Below are positions 8,144-12,073 of a stretch of DNA of 12,073 nt, in pieces; the first letter of the stretch is position 1, and every line of letters begins with the position of its first letter. This DNA comes from Selaginella moellendorffii (taxonomy: Eukaryota > Plantae > Lycopodiophyta). Both the position numbers and the translations under genes were made by a program. The stretch spans positions 1 to 12,073 of the forward strand of contig NW_003314583.1 in assembly GCF_000143415.4 (NCBI RefSeq), read 5' to 3'. The notes beneath the pieces were generated by a model, which was not told the origin of the DNA, did no database searches, and saw only the letters and a list, made by a program, of their open reading frames with translations.

Positions 8144-11100
8144 ATGGCCTTTAGGGTTGGGGAAAAGGTTTACATTTTGAATGGTGGGAAGAGAGTTGCA
8201 AAAGGGACCCTTGTGTCTATGGATCGGAACTTTGTTATACACTGTCAAAGGCTTGGGGAAGGCAATGCTGCTGTATCAGTAGAGACTGTCTTCGATGGGA
8301 ATGTGGTCGCTATTGAACGAGGAGAGATGGTCGTCGGGGTAAATGTTGTTGTTGCCTTGAAAAATCTGCAGAAGAAAGCAGATGTTGGGGACAGCGCAAG
8401 TGCGACGCATGTTCCCTCTGTGGATCTTAAGAACCGTGCTACATGGATTCAGGCAAAGGTGTTTCTAAACAACCCCGAGGGGGAGGTGGTAGCTGAGGGC
8501 TTAGCCACAGTTGTCGATCCAAGAGATGCGGTTGCTAATCAAGAATTGGGCTGGGATGATATTGGAGTTGCAATTTTAGAGGTTGTTGACACAGAAGAAA
8601 ACAGTCTGACTATTGGAAGCATTGTGCGGTGGAAATTGAGGCATTTAGTGTTTGAGAATGTGAAGGATTCACAATCAAACACCACTACAACTGATGACAG
8701 AACATCTCTTCATGGGAAAAGAAAGTACACCTTCCTACAGCGCAGCCAAAGGGATCTGAGCAACGAACCGAAAAGGCAGAAAATGGCGATGGAGGTTCGA
8801 ATGGTCTCGACAGTTGCTTGTTGCAAGAGGAGGTGCTGTCAACATGCTGATTGGGATGCTATTGAAGAGGAGAGAGCAAGATACAAGACATTGTCCTGGA
8901 AGGCAGCTCGCAATTTTGTGTATGAGGCATTACGGTCATCTGTTGATGCTTCAAAACATCAGGTGGGGGGCATGGTCTTCCAGAGGGGTTTGGTCTGCAT
9001 GAAGGCATGGAGAATCATTTATGGAGTCCCTCGAACCACATTCTACAGAATCAAAACTGAGTTCGAGGAACAAAGGGTTCAACAGGCAGTCCATGGGAAC
9101 GACGGTACGCACAAAACCAGGGGTCATGTTGTATATGGAGAGGCAATCTTCAAGAGGTTTGTCGAGACATGTAGCGAGCAGCAACCACATAAAACCCGCC
9201 TCTTGGAAGATGGAACACGAGACACCCAACGAGTTCTACCTTCCATGTATACCAAGGGGGCCATATTGGAAGATGTGAATCGGGAACTCCAGAGTAATGG
9301 CTACAGGAAGCTGAGCCAATCTAGATTTAGTAGATTGTGGAGCAACAGGTTCAGGGATGTGAGTATAGGAAAGTACTCCAGCTTTTCAAAGTGTGACGAG
9401 TGCACTGCTATCAAAATGGCTTTGTCGAAGAATTCTTGCAGCGCTCAAGAGCGAGAGACGTTGGTTAGAATGCGGCTCAACCACAACATCGAGCAGAGAA
9501 GCTGCAGGACTGCATATTATCATAACAGGATTCTCTCCATGGAGAGACCTGACTCTTACCTCTGCATCATCCACGACAAAATGGACCAGAAAAAGACGTG
9601 CTTACCTCGACTCAATCCTGCTCCCAAGGCAATCTCTTCATCGATGCAGCTGCCTGTGTCTCTGTTTGGCATAATCGCTCATGGGCATGGTGCCCAGAAC
9701 TATGGGAACTTCTTTGTACCTCTATGGGGTGGCGGGGGTGCAAACATGATGATTGCGTCCCTAGCAAAACACTTAAGGTCTCTGCAAAGTGCGCAGACTG
9801 AGCTGAACGGCCAACCCTTGCATAAGGCCCTTGTCGATGGAACCCCATACAGGGTTCAGCTGGAGGAGGAGCAAAGGCTTGCAGTATCGCGTGGGGCCCC
9901 ATGCCATCCCAGTGAATATGTTGGCTGTCAGATTGTAGGGTTATCACGTGAGGCCTCATGCCATTCCGACGAGGCTGGTCGCCCGGTGAATGCACAGCCT
10001 CATCCAAACGAAGCAGAATCTCAAGGAAGTTCTTGCGGCCGATGTGGCCTTCCACCCCATCTTCTGCTCCAAACAGACAATGCTGGCAGTGAGAACAAAA
10101 ACATGTACGTCTTCGCGTACTTGGCGATGCTTGTTGCCAAAGGCATATTTGAAACGGTTACACTTGGCTTTCTCATGGTTGGGCACACTCATGAAGACGT
10201 CGATGCCATGTTCAGTCACCTGGCAGAGTCCCTCCAGCGATCCAATGTCCTCACCCTCCCACAACTCTACGATGAATTCCAAAATTGCATCAAAGGCACT
10301 GTTGAAGCTGCACTTGTGACAGAGGTTCCAGACTTTAAGGGGTTTGTAAGAGGCTACATCAGGGATGGATCCGAAACGCTGATTGGCCACTCCAAGCCTC
10401 TTCAGTTTCATTTCAGCATGCGTGACGGTGCTCCAGTGATGAGGTACAAGATGAGAGAATGGGACACAGTGTGGCTGCCAGTGGATGGCATTGAACTCTT
10501 CAAGAGAGATCCCATAACTGGGGAACCTATGATTCCTCAGGGTTCCCCACAGCCGATGCACCCGGATGGACTCAAAGACCAGGAAAGTATAGTGGCCGGG
10601 ATTAGACAGCATATTGCCTTCTGGAAGAGGGGGTTGGTGTTTGGTGGAGAATCCTATTTTAAGAGGTGCAAGCCTTTGCTCGAATACTGGGAGAAGATTA
10701 TATCTGCTATCCAAAATGGGCCGGTTGTATATGAAGAATTGGAAGAGTCCTTTTGGCCAGAACCCAGAGCACTAGATAGTAGCGGAACAATGTCCTCTGG
10801 AAATGCAGTGACAGATAACGATGTTGAGGATCACTATTGTGGGCCGAGGAACAAGAAGCCGGATTCAGCATTCAATCCAGTACAGGTCTGCAAAGGAATG
10901 GTCGTGCTTGTCAGACCCAGTAATAAAAAACAAATGATATGGGTGGGGCGCTGCATCACTGATGCAGAGGAGGACGCGGAAACTAACTCCTTCAATGTAA
11001 CTGTGGAGTGGTTCAAGCCAAGTTCCGGATATACGAAGGATTGCCTAGAAAAGAGATGGGTGCTGAATCCAAGGGATCCCAGCATAAGCATATCGGTGGA

Positions 11101-11282
11101 TAATGTTGTGCATGGTTGGATGTGGAAGCAGAGTGCCACCATCACCTTGCCAGACCATGCAAGAGATGCAGCAAGAGCATTCATAACCCGGGTTCAAGGT
11201 GAGATTTAATATTCCTTTACTAAGTTTCTAATGTATTTTATTTCAAGGTGAACAATCCGAATTTGAATCAGAGGAGGCGTGA
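8144..11282 (+). CDS. Sola-like DDD transposase (DUF7869-type, GHTHEDxD clade), ~1020-1030 aa; uninterrupted ORF 8144-11209 with a probable terminal intron 11199-11247 and last exon 11248-11282
   Basis: The 1021-aa ORF has Cys-rich CCKRRCC and C-x3-W motifs, FSKCDEC (C417/C420) and IIHDKMDQKKT.LP (D478). It also has GGGANM, LLLQTDNAGSENKN (D645) and FLMVGHTHEDVDAMFS (D687). This motif order resembles Sola1/Sola2-type RNase H-fold transposases as recalled from family knowledge; no search was run. Splicing at CAAG|GTGAGA ... TTTCAAG|GT gives the C-terminus VQGEQSEFESEEA*. Confidence 0.8.
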
Positions 11283-11672
11283 TGGCATGTGGCCCTTTGC
11301 ACTAGTATATCTTAATACCGGTCTGAGAAATAGAATGGCATGTGCCCTCAGGCCTTTTACTAAATCACCTTTGAAAGAAATGCAAGCCTCTATGTCGTAA
11401 AAAAAAGGTACTAGAGAAATTCCTTAATAATATGAATGTTATTTAGTTTCATGAAAATACACTAAGGGTCAAATGAGTTAAATGACTTCTCCAGACTAGC
11501 AATGCCTCTTGCTACACCTTCACAATTAGATTCGTTAGAAAAAGATAACATTGAATAATATCTAAATGTTCTCACCATTAAGTTATATGTCTAGCTAATA
11601 GGAATGACGTTCATCTTGGAAAGCTCACCACACGCTCAATGAACAAACAAATAGTGTGTGCGCGCATGCCAT
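11282..11672. repeat. Degenerate palindrome copies downstream of the transposase
   Basis: 11282 ATGGCATGTGGCCCTTTGCACT; 11335 ATGGCATGTGCCCTCAGGCCTT; 11651 ATAGTGTGTGCGCGCATGCCAT. Confidence 0.75.
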
Positions 11673-12073
11673 CGCTCTTCTTTAGCTTCAGATTCGGCTT
11701 GTTCACCTTGACAATGAGATTTATTATACAACCAGATGGACTCAGTCTGGACACAAAGTCACCGCGCTAGTCACCATGCCCCAGATATGTCTAGCCCCTG
11801 GACAAAAAACATATAATTTCACGTCATTTTCAAATACTTGAAAATTTGTACCTAGTCCCATTTTACTGAATAAATCCCACTTTAACGAAATAGAGCTTAT
11901 TTAAGGGTTGGTTACATTCTCCACAGGCATAAGCAACTAAGCACACCAAACCTCCAAGTTTTTAACATCCCTTGGTATAACAAAACTTGATCACAAATTT
12001 TTCCTTTCCAATTTGCCAGCTTACCTCGTCTATCCGACCAACTCTGCCTTGGCTTGTGCTAAGTTCCCTCGCC

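Larger units (their letters stand above)
1..11700. mobile_element. Internal part of a putative large two-gene Sola-like DNA transposon (ends not identified)
   Basis: A transposase and a divergent accessory gene share the same 22-bp palindrome from 1020 to 11672, suggesting one unit. No TIR or TSD was recognised, so the boundaries are provisional. Confidence 0.5.

Noticed and set aside
8814-11184. ORFs overlapping the transposase (e.g. 9956-10714 minus, 252 aa)
   Set aside because: Shadow frames of a long coding sequence with no motifs of their own.
1020-11672. Palindromes as a CRISPR array or bacterial REP elements
   Set aside because: Irregular spacing, no spacer structure, no cas or RAYT gene, and a eukaryotic context.
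11360-12073. Possible right terminus/TIR of the element
   Set aside because: No inverted match to any left-hand sequence and no TSD found by eye. The TATGTCTAGC direct repeat (11586, 11786) is too short to interpret.

Overview
Eukaryotic, most likely plant, genomic DNA with three N-gaps. Evidence for a plant host: Arabidopsis-type CCCTAAA repeats and very short, mostly 45-57 nt, GT-AG introns; a compact-intron genome such as Selaginella is a guess. Two large genes are arranged head-to-head. On the + strand, 8144-11209 (probably spliced to 11282) encodes an intact ~1020-aa Sola-like (DUF7869-type) DDD transposase with tandem N-terminal SH3-like modules and a CxxC motif. On the - strand, a multi-exon gene (<1 to >4102) encodes a ParB/Srx-like domain, a degenerate beta-class N4/N6 DNA-methyltransferase-like region and a long acidic/disordered tail. 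Between them lies a ~0.85-1 kb-unit tandem array carrying telomere-repeat seeds, followed by a CpG-rich TGCGAG micro-array. A 22-bp palindrome (ATGGCRTG-WG-NN-CW-CAYGCCAT) occurs about 20 times across the window: in four introns of the ParB-like gene, in the tandem array, on both sides of the transposase, and in one variable insertion inside it. Working hypothesis (inference): a large two-gene DNA transposon with a ParB-like protein and parS-like palindromic sites. No termini (TIR/TSD) could be identified in the window.
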